64,000 nucleotides of DNA from Perkinsus chesapeaki ATCC PRA-425. Its lineage: Eukaryota; Protista; Perkinsozoa. Below are positions 30,743 to 43,810 of the stretch, piece after piece (position 1 is the stretch's first letter; every line of letters starts with the position of its first letter). The position numbers were made by a program, and so were the translations under genes. The notes below the pieces were generated by a model that was not told where the DNA came from, made no database searches, and worked only from the letters and a program-made list of their open reading frames with translations. The stretch lies in assembly GCA_013115145.1 (NCBI GenBank), contig JAAPAO010000032.1, forward strand, positions 58,575-122,574, written 5' to 3'.

Positions 30743-31162
30743 GTGATCACTACTACACCTGTGAGCTAGATATTTAGACGACGTGACTGGGTCATAGTGC
30801 CCTCTAATTTATGTCACGGTGATAAGCAATCAGTGTATACGGCTGAGTGCATTACATTACCCCGGTTAGCCAGTCCAGTGAACCGCACCCTTGGCACGCT
30901 CTGGGTTAAGCTCATCAGTGTTAAGCAAATGTAGAATTAAATTAAGAAGGCCATTGTGAGATAGACACGGTCACTGTGACCGACATTAAGGAGGAAGAAG
31001 GGTTAGTGAGGGTTAGTGAGGAACCGGGGAACCAGCGCAAGAGGCGAACTTGAAGGAGAGCTTTAGGGGCTCGTGGGATAGCGCTGCGATACGTAGTAAA
31101 ACAGAGAACTCAGAATTCATGGCGCGTCGAGTAAGTTAATAGAGTAGCTCTTGAACCAACAG

Positions 31163-32860
31163 ATGGAGCCAGCTCTCGCGCTTGACAATCCTAGCCGTGC
31201 AGTATCTGGCCAAGAATCGTGAACCAAGCCTACAGCTCACGCATGGCAGTATCGTTTAACGAACCATGATCCTTCCGTCCTCTTCTCCCACACGGGTTGC
31301 TTTAACTCTAATATTAATCTTCGGCAACTGCGAGGTGTCGGGAGCTAACAATGTCATCGGTGCTACCACGTTAGTAAGCTTATCGTCCCGGTAGTTCGAC
31401 GTACGTTAGTTCTCACTCCAGGGTGGCACTGACAGGCTTGGAACACATCGGTGGAATGAAGCTCACGTAGAGGGTATTCCCGCTCACTTTCAATGCTCAT
31501 TTCAGTTGCTGCCTCGAGACCTATTATGTGCAATACTCGGAGGTTCCGACTTCGTTAAATATGGCTTTGGTTTGCTGAACAATATTTGCTCAACATTGAG
31601 AATAGCCACGCCAAATGGTGAGGCATCCACCATTTCACTTCCCCGGTTTATAGTCTTCACTCGTTAGTAACTGACATATTAACCTCTAGTTCCAGTAAAG
31701 CTGGGCTCACTTCAGCTACTACCGAAGACAGTGAGCAAAGGTGAGTGGCATCAACATAGCAGATTGTCTCTTGGTCATACTCCCACTACGACAAGCAGCA
31801 GCTGATAGTGTGGATCCAACAAGCCTTGCTTAGGATGTACATCCGTTATTATCCTCTTGACTCCCATGCTGATCTTTGGTCGATGTTCTCCCTTGGAGGT
31901 AACATTATCAAGTTAACACTGAATATAGCAGCACTCGTTCCAGCCAATATCCAGGCTATTGCACTAGACCAGTCATCACAGCCCAAGGGTGACCTTATGG
32001 AGGACTTACGGAACTCACTTAGACTAAATGGATTAAAGTACTTACTAAGTACTTCCTAGGTTTGCAATGGATAGTATAGGTGGATCATCCTCAAAGGGCA
32101 TTTGGATATGATGGATAAAGATACTATCATCGAGTATGGTAAATACATCAAGTGCGAGCAAGACTTCACTCTACTGTCGGGTATATGAATACACACGAGC
32201 GCGAAGGAGGAGTTCCATCAGCAGGAGTCGAGCCAGTCACTTTATGCACTGTTATACAACAACTCGATGAGGAGCCATTGTCAACTATGAGCGATATGCG
32301 CCGATTCCTCTTGGCTGATGCAGCTCGCGAATGGTTACTCTTTTGGGTCAAATCATTCAGGTGATGTTGGTTGCTGTTTTACGATAAGCCTTTGCCTTGT
32401 CGATATATACTAAGGATGAATGTAGCTGTTGCTGTTACTGTGTCTTCCTTATCTTATTTGGCAAGTGTATGATAATACTAAACTGTGTAGGTACTATGAC
32501 ACTCTTCTCTTCGATACATCTCGCTATGCTATTGATATGGTAAGCGATCTCTACGGTAGAGGTGCTTTGGAAGCTGGAGAACAGAATCCAAGCTTTGTTG
32601 TTCGGTTTTCGTTGAAAGATGAGAGTGTGAAGTAAACAGCATACTTTCGTTGAAGTCTACACTAATTATTCTGTCAGATATACCATTCGTATACCTGTTA
32701 ACGGTTTCCTTCTCAATGTCATAGAATCACATGGCAATGGGGAGGTAAAGGAGACATTCATTATCATTTTGAATCATTATAATATTCAGAGAGAACTTGT
32801 TGGCATACGAAAGAGTACATTGAAAAGGATGATTCAGCGCGAGTTTGACATTTGACCCTA
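31163..32860 (+). CDS. Multi-exon hypothetical protein
   Basis: Open exons such as LLPRDLLCAILGGSDFVKYGFG, IVSWSYSHYDKQQLIVWIQQALLRMY and GVEPVTLCTVIQQLDEEP. Both ends uncertain. Confidence 0.4.
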
Positions 32861-33172
32861 TGTCTTGTATAATGCTTCTGATAAGCTTGAGTTGTCGAGT
32901 TCTTATTGGCAACAAGAGGACACTGCTTGTGCACTTACGTTGGAGAGTAGTTCAATTTGTCGAGTAGAACTATTATCAAACGCATTTGTACCTTCGTGAG
33001 CACCACAGAATGTCTTACGTAGACAAATGGAACACTAGATTGGGATACAACGAGAGCGGAGCCTAATACACGTTTACTTCAAGATCGATATTAGTGGTAA
33101 GGATGTTAACACAACAGTATGGTAAAACAAAAAAGAAAATATGTATCTAAGACACCCATGATTATCATATTA

Positions 33173-33711
33173 TTAATCTTCACCTTCTTCCTCCTCTAAA
33201 CCTTCACCAGGTAGCCTTCTAGTAGCAATAAGATGAGCGTATGTCTGGGGAACATCAATTGTCCTTTTCAATGGCTCATCCAGGAAAATGCTGCCACTTC
33301 GTTTACTGAAATGGTGCATAATGTTTCCTGGTATCTTCCAAAATGCCCAATTCTTCCAATAAGAAGATCTGCACGGCCATATAGTAAAGGAGAGCATCAT
33401 ATAACCAACAGCACCAGCAAAGACGAAGAGTCTGAAAAAAAGACAGTATAATGTGAGGACTACTGGATAAGTAGATACCTAAGAGAAGTACACTGTTGTT
33501 GGAACTCTCCATAACTTATAGCTGGTTTAGTGAAGAACTCTTTAGCGTATCGAAAGTTAGCAGATATATCATGAAGTGGTGGTCCTCGTGCAGCATTACC
33601 TAATATAATAATAATAACAGCATATAACGATTACTTATTACCTAGCCTTCTAACCTGTATACCTCTAACTGTTGGTATAGCACCTTTAGAGGTAGCTAAA
33701 CGAGTGAGCAT
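33173..33711 (-). CDS. Small putative mitochondrial single-TM protein, three exons
   Basis: MLTRLATSKGAIPTVRGIQVRRL|GNAARGPPLHDISANFRYAKEFFTKPAISYGEFQQQCTSLR|LFVFAGAVGYMMLSFTIWPCRSSYWKNW...: Arg-rich, acid-free N-terminus and one TM helix. Confidence 0.6.
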
Positions 33712-34050
33712 AGTGAAAAGGTAGTGAAGAGGTAATAACCTTAATGGTATCTTACAAGAAGAAGAAGCTCAACTCATGGTGAACGCAGACGTGCGAAATC
33801 GATATTTCCGTCACTGCGCCACGAAAATAACGAAAATGCGCTGTTGCTGGTGCGGTGAATCAAATCTTTTGATGAAAGTAGGATTCTGACCGATAACGAA
33901 ATCTTGGATATATGTTCTGGAATTCGGAGATGATCCTGTAATATATTTTAGCGCATATTATGGAATTTGTACGCTGAATCCGGGAGCTGGTCAATATAGA
34001 GACGGCAAGTCGTCGACTCGTTACTACTACTGTTGTTGTTTTTGTTAATA

Positions 34051-37000
34051 ATGTCAACCGCGATTAAAGTAGCGGTTCGGATAAGACCTTTAATAGTACC
34101 AAGAGAGGATGGGATGCCTATTATAGTGATAATATTTATATAGTAAAAGATCATACATCATTTAGGTTACAACTGATGGCAATACTGTTGCTATAGACGT
34201 TGAGACTGATCAGTTAGTTGGACCACCAAAGATAGAACCTAAATATTTTACATATGATAACACATTCTCACCAGACGTTACACAGGTATTATTAATAGTT
34301 AATAATTAAAGCCAATAATACTTAGGGTAACCTATACGATATGATAGGAAAGCCAATCAGAGATTCCTTACTTGAAGGCTTTAATCATTGCCTGTTCGCT
34401 TATGGTCAGACTGGTAGTGGTAAAACACATAGCATTTTAGGTGAGTATTCTATCCACCTTGTATAATATGAAAAGCTTAGGAACTGAGGAGTCACCTGGG
34501 GTCTTACGTAATCTTATGGAAGATATTTTCAAGGTTGCTTCGCAGCAAGTAACTAGATGATGGAAGTAGTGTGAATATTATATTGTTATCTAGGATCATG
34601 GAAATAAGCTATGTTTGACGGTTTCATTCCTGGAAATATACAATGAGCAGCTTAGAGATCTCCTCGACCCAGATACCATACTAACCCCTACTTCGCCAAT
34701 CAGGGACCAACAAAAACTATCTGTAGGCATAATCAAAATCGTAATTATTATCTTAACCTTAAGCTGGAGGAATTGAAGTCACCTAATGCTTTGATAGCAC
34801 CAATAGCTAAGAGACGGCCAATGACCCCACCACCTAGGAACGCAGCTATGGATGACTTAACAGCAGACTTGAGAAGGAAGAAGAAACTATTTATACATCA
34901 ACACCCGACCAAGGGGGTCTTTGTAATTAACGCACATTCCCTATGTTAACGTACTTGAGTCGATATAGGTACCTAACTTGACTGAGGCGGCTTGTGGGTC
35001 ATTAAATGAATGCCTGTCCTTTTTGAACCTTGGCTTGAGGCAGAGAGCAACTGCACAGGTACGTTGTGATGGTAATATGGGCTATTGTTATTATTGTTAA
35101 TAGACTAATATGAATAGTCAAAGCAGTAGAAGTCATAGTGTATTTACTATACGACTAAGGCAAAGAACTAATAACGACGACCATCACAGTGAGCAGTGGT
35201 AAATGGATGTACTATTGATAGAAACTGACATTAGGGACATCATCAGTACATTTGATAGACTTAGCCGGATCTGAAAGAACTAAGAGAAGTGGTGCTGTGG
35301 GTCAAAGGATGAAGGAAGGACAGTCTATTAATACTAGTTTATCTGTAATATAACCATTCATGGGGCGCTGCTGCCGCTGATGCGGTTTATGATGGTGGAA
35401 TAGGTACTGGGACAAGTAATATCAAAGCTATCATCATCCAACAAAGGGAATGATACTCATATACCATTTAGACAAAGCAAACTAACGTAGTCCTGATAAC
35501 TCATACAATGAATAACAATAACTATACTGTGGCAGATATCTATTAACTGATGCATTAACTGGAAATAGTTATACATGGATGCTAGCAGCTATATCACCAG
35601 CTAGGCATGACCAAGATGAGACATTATCAACATTACGCTTTGCCAGTAGTGTTAAAAGAATCAAAACGGTAGTAGCTTTATCATTATTTATGTTGTGTGG
35701 TTGTGGTGTCCCTATATGGTGATTGAAGGTACCTATAAGAGCACCCACACCCGAAACACGTCCAGTGATACCTGCTTATATTGTTAATAATAATAACAGT
35801 TATAAGTCGGGTAGTTGGAAGACTAGATGTTCTGGAGTATCACCAAAAGGGAAGCTTAGTTCTAGGCAAAGGAGAAGGTGGTGCTGATAATGCTTGTATA
35901 TAGGATATGTTATTGAATGATCAGACTCAAGCTGCGTGAAGGACATAAGGGTAGTATAGGTCATAGTGAAAGGAAAGAAGCCATAGATGATGAAGAAGAA
36001 GTGGAACTCAGTGCACAAAGGTGATAGGGTGGTGATGGATGGTGGGTGAAGTATGCTATATGGTAGCTATATGGAGGACTCACTTGATGATTGGGATGCT
36101 AAGTTAAGAGCATCTAGTAAACTATTAAAGGAATTACATATGGATAATATACATGAGATAGCTGGTAGAAAGACCAAAGAACCGTAATAAGTATAACAAG
36201 TAGAATAGTAATAGAGTATATAATTTATAGGTATATACTTAATATAAGTGATGATCCCTCATTGTCAGGGTGTTTGGTATACTTCCTTAACTCTGATAAA
36301 GGTGATGATGAAGATGATGATGCTTCTCAGTATCTTTAATCATTATTATAATAGGTTCCTGTCGTACTACAACTGTTGGTTCGGCTTCTGATAATGATAT
36401 TGTACTAGTCGGTCTTGGAATTCCCGATAAACTATGTAACTAACATTAACTAAGCATTGCCCAAACAGTGCATAGTAGGCACACTCTCGGTTAAATATGA
36501 TAACAGCGATGATGAGATCGGTAAAGTAGAAGTTAAGAGAACAGCAGCTGACAGCACTGGTAGGAAATAGGAATGCTCCAGTTTCGTGGCGCAGTGACTT
36601 ATCTTAACAGGTCGTCTCATTGTTGGTGGACATCTACTAGATACTGTTGGGCAAGTTAATCGCCTCAACAGTGGGGATAGGATTATATTTGGGAGAGCTT
36701 TTGTATTCCGACTGGTAAGGGAGGAGCAGCAGCAGCAGGCCTACTTTTTAGGGGCATTTCTATTTTAATGCAAAAGGTTGTTCGTATGTATTATTATAGG
36801 TTATTCCCGGTAGTAGTATTATTACCGCAGCTGCTGTTAGTAGCAGTCAAAGGATGTCAATTACTGCCAATAACATGCCAATTATAGAAGAAGAGGAGAT
36901 ACATCAAGTGATGGTTGAAAGTTCCATGGCCGACACACAAACGGTTAGATATATCCTTACCTCACTTACCGACTGTATGATTTTTATCAGCGTAAAATGG

Positions 37001-37600
37001 CGTCTGAAGTTAGAGCCATTAATAGGCTACTCGACAGCATAGGAGTATCTGATGTAACTGAGGAACGTGGAAGGTTTATCGAAATGTGGCATGATAGCCT
37101 CTTATAGTAGCATCAGTTACTTTGTTAGGTATAGTGGAACTTTAACAAGAGTTCAGGAAGCTAATGATATATTGTCAGAACTTAGATCAAATTCCGGAAT
37201 AACTCTAAACTTGGTTGTCCTAACTGATGTGTCACAAATGTCCGAAGTAGACGAACGTCGAAGGAGGCTAACAGACTCGCGTCGAACAGCAGCAGCAGCC
37301 AGTCCTCCACCGGGCATGGCCGTAAGTTGTGGAAGCTTCATAACTTGTCGTCTTTTTAAAAATATGTTTGGATGGCTCCAAAGTTGGTCAATAAATTTAT
37401 CAATTTTACTTAAACTATGATTACTACTACTAGCTGTGATAACCTATTAGATTCAAGTTAAACGAAGAGGAGATATTGTTGATGTATGGTCGGTGCCCAA
37501 GTTCCTATCCCGGCTTGAAGAGATGCGTTCAAAACATTATATAAGTCGAATGAGATCAGCAGTTGAAAACACTATTACTGCTGGGATATCGTCATCTTAG
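34051..37600 (+). CDS. Kinesin-3-like motor (N-terminal motor domain plus FHA), multi-exon
   Basis: [13 protein letters not shown]; [13 protein letters not shown]; [13 protein letters not shown]; LIDLAGSER; [10 protein letters not shown]; [10 protein letters not shown]; pre-[23 protein letters not shown] and [15 protein letters not shown]. Confidence 0.9.
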
Positions 37601-37881
37601 ATCCTCATGTTTTAACATGAACTAATATATGGTTGTTCAAACGAAGCTATCCATTCCAATTCAATGTTGTTTTGTTTAACACCAACAGCAGTGCGCCGCC
37701 CAACATTAAAGGTACATGCGATACATACGCCCAAACTTGAATGGCGCTCGCCTTTCTCTAATTGAACCACCCCAAGCGTTTCATTCGGTTTTGTTCATTT
37801 GCACATGCGTGCAGATAACAACTCATCAGTGATCAACAATCTTGTCAGCCAGAGACGTTATCCTTTTAGGATTATTCTTTA

Positions 37882-38298
37882 ATGTTCTCCATTATATTCC
37901 CACTTGCCTCTTTTTTATACCTCGTCACCGTTCCGGTTAATGCTGGTTCAGCTGTGATGATTGCTGAGAAGCTGCTGGGAAATGATGATGGTTATTGTCA
38001 ACGTGTTTGTGATGAACGTCCTGGTTGCATCTTCAGCTATTGTGGTGATGATAAAAAGTGTCACAACTTGGCCTCTACTGAAACCCAGGAAGTTGTTTCT
38101 TGCGGGGCGGTAGTGTCAACGTTTGATAGCTGCAATGCGGCTTGTGATTCGGTTGCTGATTGCTCTGGTAGTACTTGGAAGTCCTTCTGCAAGTCTTGGC
38201 TTGATAAGCCTGTCTGCTTTGGTCTCTTGGTCACATCTAAAGGACTATGTTACGAAGCCTCTCCTGGCTGCAGTGGTACTCCACTAAATTGCCCTTAA
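37882..38298 (+). CDS. Small secreted cysteine-rich protein with two related disulfide domains, intronless
   Basis: 138-aa ORF; signal peptide; 14 Cys arranged as two CxxxCxxxxxC...S[YF]C...C[HF][NG]L units. Confidence 0.8.
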   Translation: MFSIIFPLASFLYLVTVPVNAGSAVMIAEKLLGNDDGYCQRVCDERPGCIFSYCGDDKKCHNLASTETQEVVSCGAVVSTFDSCNAACDSVADCSGSTWKSFCKSWLDKPVCFGLLVTSKGLCYEASPGCSGTPLNCP

Positions 38299-39038
38299 GT
38301 ATGACAGATACTTAATTTGTTATTTAAGTTATATCGTAACGATTGTTATTAATCTGCACTCATTGATTTATGGATGTCTCTGTTCTTTTAATTCTTTATA
38401 CGGTAAAACTCCGCACATCGAAGTTTCTTCTATTTCTACTAGGCATGTATAGAGTATAAAGTCGAGTGAGTATTTTGTGGTTTGCCAATTTTTCACACCT
38501 GTTGTGTTCTAGTAGAGGTCAACCCAAAGTTCAAGTCCGACTCGCCAAATATCTTTCATATTTCCTTGTTACCGGTTGATCTCTAGAGCGCTGTATACAT
38601 ATTGTATATGAGCTAGGGTAGCTACTACAATGTTTAATAACTTCGCTGGCATACGGGAGCTTAAAGTTGAAGTTCTCCGCATTCAAGTGGGCTTGTACTT
38701 GCGTAAATGACGATATAATGTCAACTACTATCCAAATGCCCTAGCGCTCTATGCACTTTCCCTCAACTCACAAATATTTTGCTCAATACTTTCTATCCAC
38801 ACAGAATTTCAGAGGATTAGTCTTTTGTGTAGCCCTCTGAAGATTATACATACAGATATGAGCCCACTGCCATATATTTCCGACGTTTCATTCAATCCTC
38901 AAGTTGGTAGTGTCCTCTGATGTTTGCAACCATGCCTGCTGAGAACTCAAACACTAGAGATTATGGCTAGTAGCAATCGTAATGCACAATAGTGCAAACA
39001 TGACATAACAGTAGTCATCAACCTAAGATGGGCTATTG

Positions 39039-40288
39039 TTACAATGGTAGCAATCGCTCTAATGATGGGTCTTTCACTGGCACTCCGGTCTCACTAACAT
39101 CCCGGTCATTCCTTTTCACCATCTTCTTGTTCACCCGACGGTATGCAACAAGTGTTATGAGAAATGTAAGACAGGACGCCATCCATGCTAGTACGAAACA
39201 ATAACCTAATCTCCTCGGTTGCCAAGAAGATATTTGAGCCAATGAATAATGGCGTCTAGAGAGGCTTTCGAGAGTATCAATACTCCCAAGTGTTGGGCAA
39301 AGGCCCTCATATAATGAACGAGTGAAGTATATTGTATATATGACGCATACAGCTATTGAGAAGGCAAAAGCCGTAGCCTGAGGAGATTATGGTGATAATA
39401 ATAATGATGTATTAAGAGATTGGTTTACCGATGCTATGAAGACTCCTATAACGTGTATCTTTTGAACACTAATATAAAGCAGACCAATTGCTGTTACCAT
39501 AAGGGATACCACAACTGTTAGTATCCCTATGTAGCAGATGTTACCTAATAATGAGCATACCTCTTATCTCTACGCTACAGTATACTTACCAATAACGTGA
39601 AGTCTATGTCGATGTGGGCAGCCCTTCTGGGCTTGATTCAGGAGGGCTTTCGGTGATGTGTGGATATTAGGAAATGTCGACCAATTACCGATGGCGGCTC
39701 TAGCAGTCTCGACGAAGGCTTCAGACCGTGACTGGAACAAAACCCAGTTGCTGGTCTCCCACATCTCACAGTTATGACTGAGGGTTCGCAGTACATAACT
39801 GAAAAACGGTGGAGTAATGGCAAACAGTTAACAGCTGCTGCTGCTGCCTCACCCATCAATAGACGATTTCCCTTTTCCGACAGACTGCTGCTGCTGTTGA
39901 CCCTCTCCATTGAAGGTATCATTAAGTGACGACTCTGTATGGACTAGGAAGCTCATTTCCTGCAACCCGACTCTGAGGCGTATATCCACACTTTGAGGTT
40001 TAGCTTCTCCCATTTGCTTGGTTGGAAGTAGCCTAGGAATAATGTACACAAGTTACTTGTAACAACTAAATGTTACCCCCATTCATAGGCGACTGCTTCA
40101 GAGTTCACAGGGCTACATTCAATCCAGGACTCCCGATGTGCAGCGATTAACCAAAGCCACGCTGTGAAGAGTGATGCAATCCCAAGAATAAGGCCTGAGA
40201 ATGTTGGTGGTACAGTAGTTAGGTGGGTCTTACTGGTAGAGCAATATCTGCCTATGAGATTTCCAATATCACCATACTTGAACCTCAT
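39039..40288 (-). CDS. Four-TM claudin/PMP22-like membrane protein, multi-exon
   Basis: TM1 LILGIASLFTAWLWLIAA, then SWIECS...EWG|LL; TM2 ICYIGILTVVVSLMVTAIGLLYI; TM3 ATAFAFSIAVCVIYTIYF; TM4 LGYCFVLAWMASCLTFLITLV. ATG at 40286-40288. Confidence 0.55.
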
Positions 40289-40343
40289 CAATTCGAAAAC
40301 GCTTCATGTGTGAGATCACTGCGCAAGATACAGAAAAATACGG

Positions 40344-40385
40344 AAAAATGCCGCTACCGCGGATCGAACCCTGGGACGCCGACCT
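40344..40385 (-). other. tRNA 3'-half-like element with TTTTT in a divergent intergenic region
   Basis: Minus strand GGTCGGCGTCCCAGGGTTCGATCCGCGGTAGCGGCA-TTTTT. Upstream on the same strand is GTATCATACAAGC, a 13-mer also present in the tRNA-Gly at 61877. Confidence 0.65.
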
Positions 40386-40427
40386 ACCGGAAATTACAAT
40401 TCCCGAGTTTGGCTTGTATGATACGTC

Positions 40428-41812
40428 ATGATGATATATGCCTCACTGGCATTATCCTTCATACTAGTAAAAGCCGCTAAGGAAGAGAAGGATGAAGGGA
40501 TATGTGTGGCTACTGGAGTTGGACCAACTAAACCTTACCCGAGTCTAACACAGTGTTATATGTAAATTGGGTAGTATAGTATACGGGCAGGTTAGGGGCC
40601 GCTGCTTACAGGTGGAATGAAAAAGCATGTTGTACAGCTAGTCAAGATAGAGAGATTACTGAGGCATTTAAAAGGTTAATACCACCACCGTGTTTACACG
40701 TAATGATGTGAGTGATGGTGGCAGCCTTTATTACAAACTATTATTAGATCTACCCTGTTATCTCTGAGATGTTTTGCGCATATTGCGGACCAACGGCGAT
40801 ACGTGAAGGTAGTAGCCCTCATCATCATCATGGATTTGATATAGCAGGTCCGACTAATTATGTGAGATATAATGAGACAACTGGAGATGTTGAGGTAGTA
40901 TTACTGCGATAATGGATTATATTACTAATAGATAAGACTGTGTGAATCATTCCTACATAAATTATGGGACGATGGTGAACTAAATGACTTGGACGATCGT
41001 ACGCATGTGTTAGATGAATGTGGATTAATGTAATAACATCGTGTATCGAAGGGAAGTTGATGATCCTTTTAATACAGATCATGCCGAAATATATCAGATG
41101 ATGGTAGGCCGCCATGCAAAGAGTAAGGTCAATAATAATAAAAGCATTATTTATTATCATCCAGATATGATACAATATTCCCGGCAGCTAAAATCCAGCA
41201 TCCACCAGGGACAGTTATACCCGAGGTAAAGGGCGTTAGTTAACCTATTATGTTATTATTAATGTTAGGGTACGGAGGATCCAGCTCCTATAGAGTTAGC
41301 AGATGGCCATGAGCATCCACATAGGGTAATAGGGTTCCACAACACTTTGGCAACTGTTAAAGTATACGTAACTCAACAACCCTTTGGAAATAGCGTAAAG
41401 TGCTCATATACACCTAATAGCGGCAATATTACGACATGTGACATTCTTCTTCTTCTTCTTGTTGTTGTTGTTGTCATATTTATCATTATGTACGAACAAT
41501 TGCTGCCCAGTGCATATTGGAGTAGGTACAAGCTTACCAAGAAGGAGCGGTATATAGGATAAGTAACATTAGTGAATTCTTAAGATATGTTGAAGATATC
41601 TTTCCTAATCTTTTAATTGAAGATCCAACTGGCAGTAGAAAAGTAACGACCCTGGTTCAATCCCCGGCAGGTCCATCGCCTCTCGTCGTCAGGTACGTCT
41701 TGTTAGGGTTCCAGACTCAGATGGATTCTGCATGCAATCATTTACCGTTACGACTGCTACTGCTGCTGTACCTTATCATGTCTTAATATTATTAATGTTG
41801 TTATTAATATAA
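40428..41812 (+). CDS. Secreted, probably GPI-anchored folate-receptor-like (Folate_rec/NPC1-N-type) Cys-rich protein
   Basis: Signal peptide MMIYASLALSFILVKA; ACCTASQD; SEMFCAYCGP; RLCESFLHKLWDD; DECGL; hydrophobic C-terminus ...YHVLILLMLLLI*. Confidence 0.55.
41643..41692 (+). other. 50-nt intron beginning with a sense tRNA T-arm motif
   Basis: GTAACGACCCTGGTTCAATCCCCGGCAGGTCCA...GTCAG. Removing it restores the frame to the hydrophobic C-terminus. Confidence 0.6.
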
Positions 41813-41883
41813 TGCAATTGTTGTATAATCTAATACTTGTGTTATCCCTCAGTGAAAACGAATGATCGTCACTATCCGATGCG

Positions 41884-43492
41884 ATGGAAGATGCACATTT
41901 ACTCGCTGGTCATGTTCTCCTAGGGGAGCCCACTCCGATGCTTGTTAAATGGTGTGTTATATGAATTTATTATCAGCAATGATATTAGTAGTATTTGTGC
42001 ATCATAATGGCAATAATATCATCAATGCCTATAGAAGTAGTGTATGGTACCTTCCTGGGCCTATCATTACTACTCTCTGGCCTAATGCGAGGAATGCTAC
42101 CTGGCCGTAAGGAGCGTCAGGCTGTTGGATGCGTTATTGGTTGTGTTACCTTAATCCTTTTGGTGCATAATATGACATTGTTACTATTCTTGGCATCATC
42201 TATGGTACTAACAATCCTTCATATCCTTTCCTATAATATCCTCTTTTAGTTACTTTTAGCTATTATTCCTAATAATTGGATACCAGTAGGTATGTTGGTA
42301 TACTCATTTGCTTACCTTCTGCCTGCTAGAGCTCAACGTAAGCCTATTAAAGGGATGCCCTTCCACTCAATCCTTATGTCCCTCGTTAATGTATAGATAC
42401 AGTAGACGGTGTATCGAATGCCTGCCTACTCATAATGTCATTGCGTAACTCCATGTATGCGAGGGATGTCGGACAGACGTTCCAGAGTAAGGCTACATTA
42501 TAGCTACCTGTTGACTATATATTATTAGTATCATTGAATAGCTATTATGACTATCTTTCGTATATAGTATTCTTTCCTGGTCTCCTAACTGGTCCTGTTT
42601 ACAATGTTAAGGATTGGACACAAGCCTTGGAGGACACCAAACATGACCTTGACAAAACCGAGGTGATTCATACCGACATTTAGATCAAACTTAGGTGTCT
42701 TTTTTAGATTAAAAGCCGCCTTTATAGAGCGATTGTTTGGGCTGTTATCTTCTTAACTTCCCTTCGCTTCTTCCCAATGAGTTTCATGCTCACCAAGGAC
42801 TTTGCTCATTTCCCTTTGTTGACCCGCTGCGGGTAAGCTTCCATTGTTTTCTGTTCTGACACCACAGTGTGTCTTAGGTACATTGTGTTGGCTACTTACT
42901 ATTCCTTTGGGGCCCGTTGCTTCGCTGGTTGGTATGTCTCCGAGGCTGGTCTAGCCGCTTTAGGTATCCGGGCTAGGAACACAGACTACTGGGCACCCGA
43001 GAGAGCCAATACTGTATCGCAATACATAAGAGAATGGAATAAATCGGTATGGAAATAACAATGGCAAAATAGTGAAGTTGTTATCAGGTACAAACTTTCT
43101 TTGCTCTATACGTTTACAAACCTCTTCGTTCGGTGACACCTAGTAAGCCAGTGAGAGCTGCTATAGTGATGTGCTCTAGTGCATACTGGCATGGGTTGGA
43201 GCCTGGCCTTTATATGTTTTTCATGTCAATGTTTGTAGAGAGCACATTCCTCAACGAGTTCCCTAAACTACCTTCCCCATTTGGCAACATCGAAGTCACT
43301 TTCCTACTAAGCTACTACGGTATGACATTTATGTACAAGAATGATGTAAGTAAGGCGTTTACTGTGTGGGCCAATATGGGTTATGTTGGCCACTGGTATA
43401 CCGCAGTTAGACTGCTTTTATTGATTGCTATGCGAGTCTATCGTAAAAATACAACTGCCAATGACAAAAAAGACGATAAAAAACGGGAATAG
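41884..43492 (+). CDS. Membrane-bound O-acyltransferase (MBOAT; lysophospholipid acyltransferase-like)
   Basis: FFPGLLTGP; IREWNKS; catalytic His in SAYWHGLEPG; multiple TM helices; basic C-terminal tail. Confidence 0.9.
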
Positions 43493-43810
43493 TTTCTTGA
43501 GCACCACCGTTTCTCGATTGTTCTCGATTCATCGTGTTGATAGTCAAGAGAACGCACAACGAACGAACGTATTAACCGCTACAGAACATACAAAGAGCAA
43601 AAAACAAACAGACATACGTCTCTAGTCATAATTAATGACATGTTACAGTTCGGCAGCTTATGGTGAATAATAATATCCGATCGCACCAATCCTGGTGTTG
43701 TGTAACCAATGCTACTATTGTACATGCAAAGTGGAATGGAGATGTGCGCAAAGCGGGTTGCATACCAATGCTGTAGAACTGCAAACTCAACAATAGCCGT
43801 CGAGTGTGCA

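Noticed and set aside
31000-31020. Telomere-like GGGTTAGTGA duplication, and a nearby CGGTCAC-T-GTGACCG inverted repeat at 30968-30982
   Set aside because: Only two copies and a 7-bp arm, within chance expectation.
32205-32245. Antisense T-arm-like motif (GGCTCGACTCCTGCTG)
   Set aside because: It overlaps a probable coding exon (GVEPVTL) and lacks the TTCRA core.
40223-40480. Plus-strand ORF MGLTGRAIS... spanning the divergent intergenic region
   Set aside because: It overlaps exon 1 of the minus-strand claudin-like gene and the tRNA-like element. The true plus-strand gene starts at 40428 with a signal peptide.
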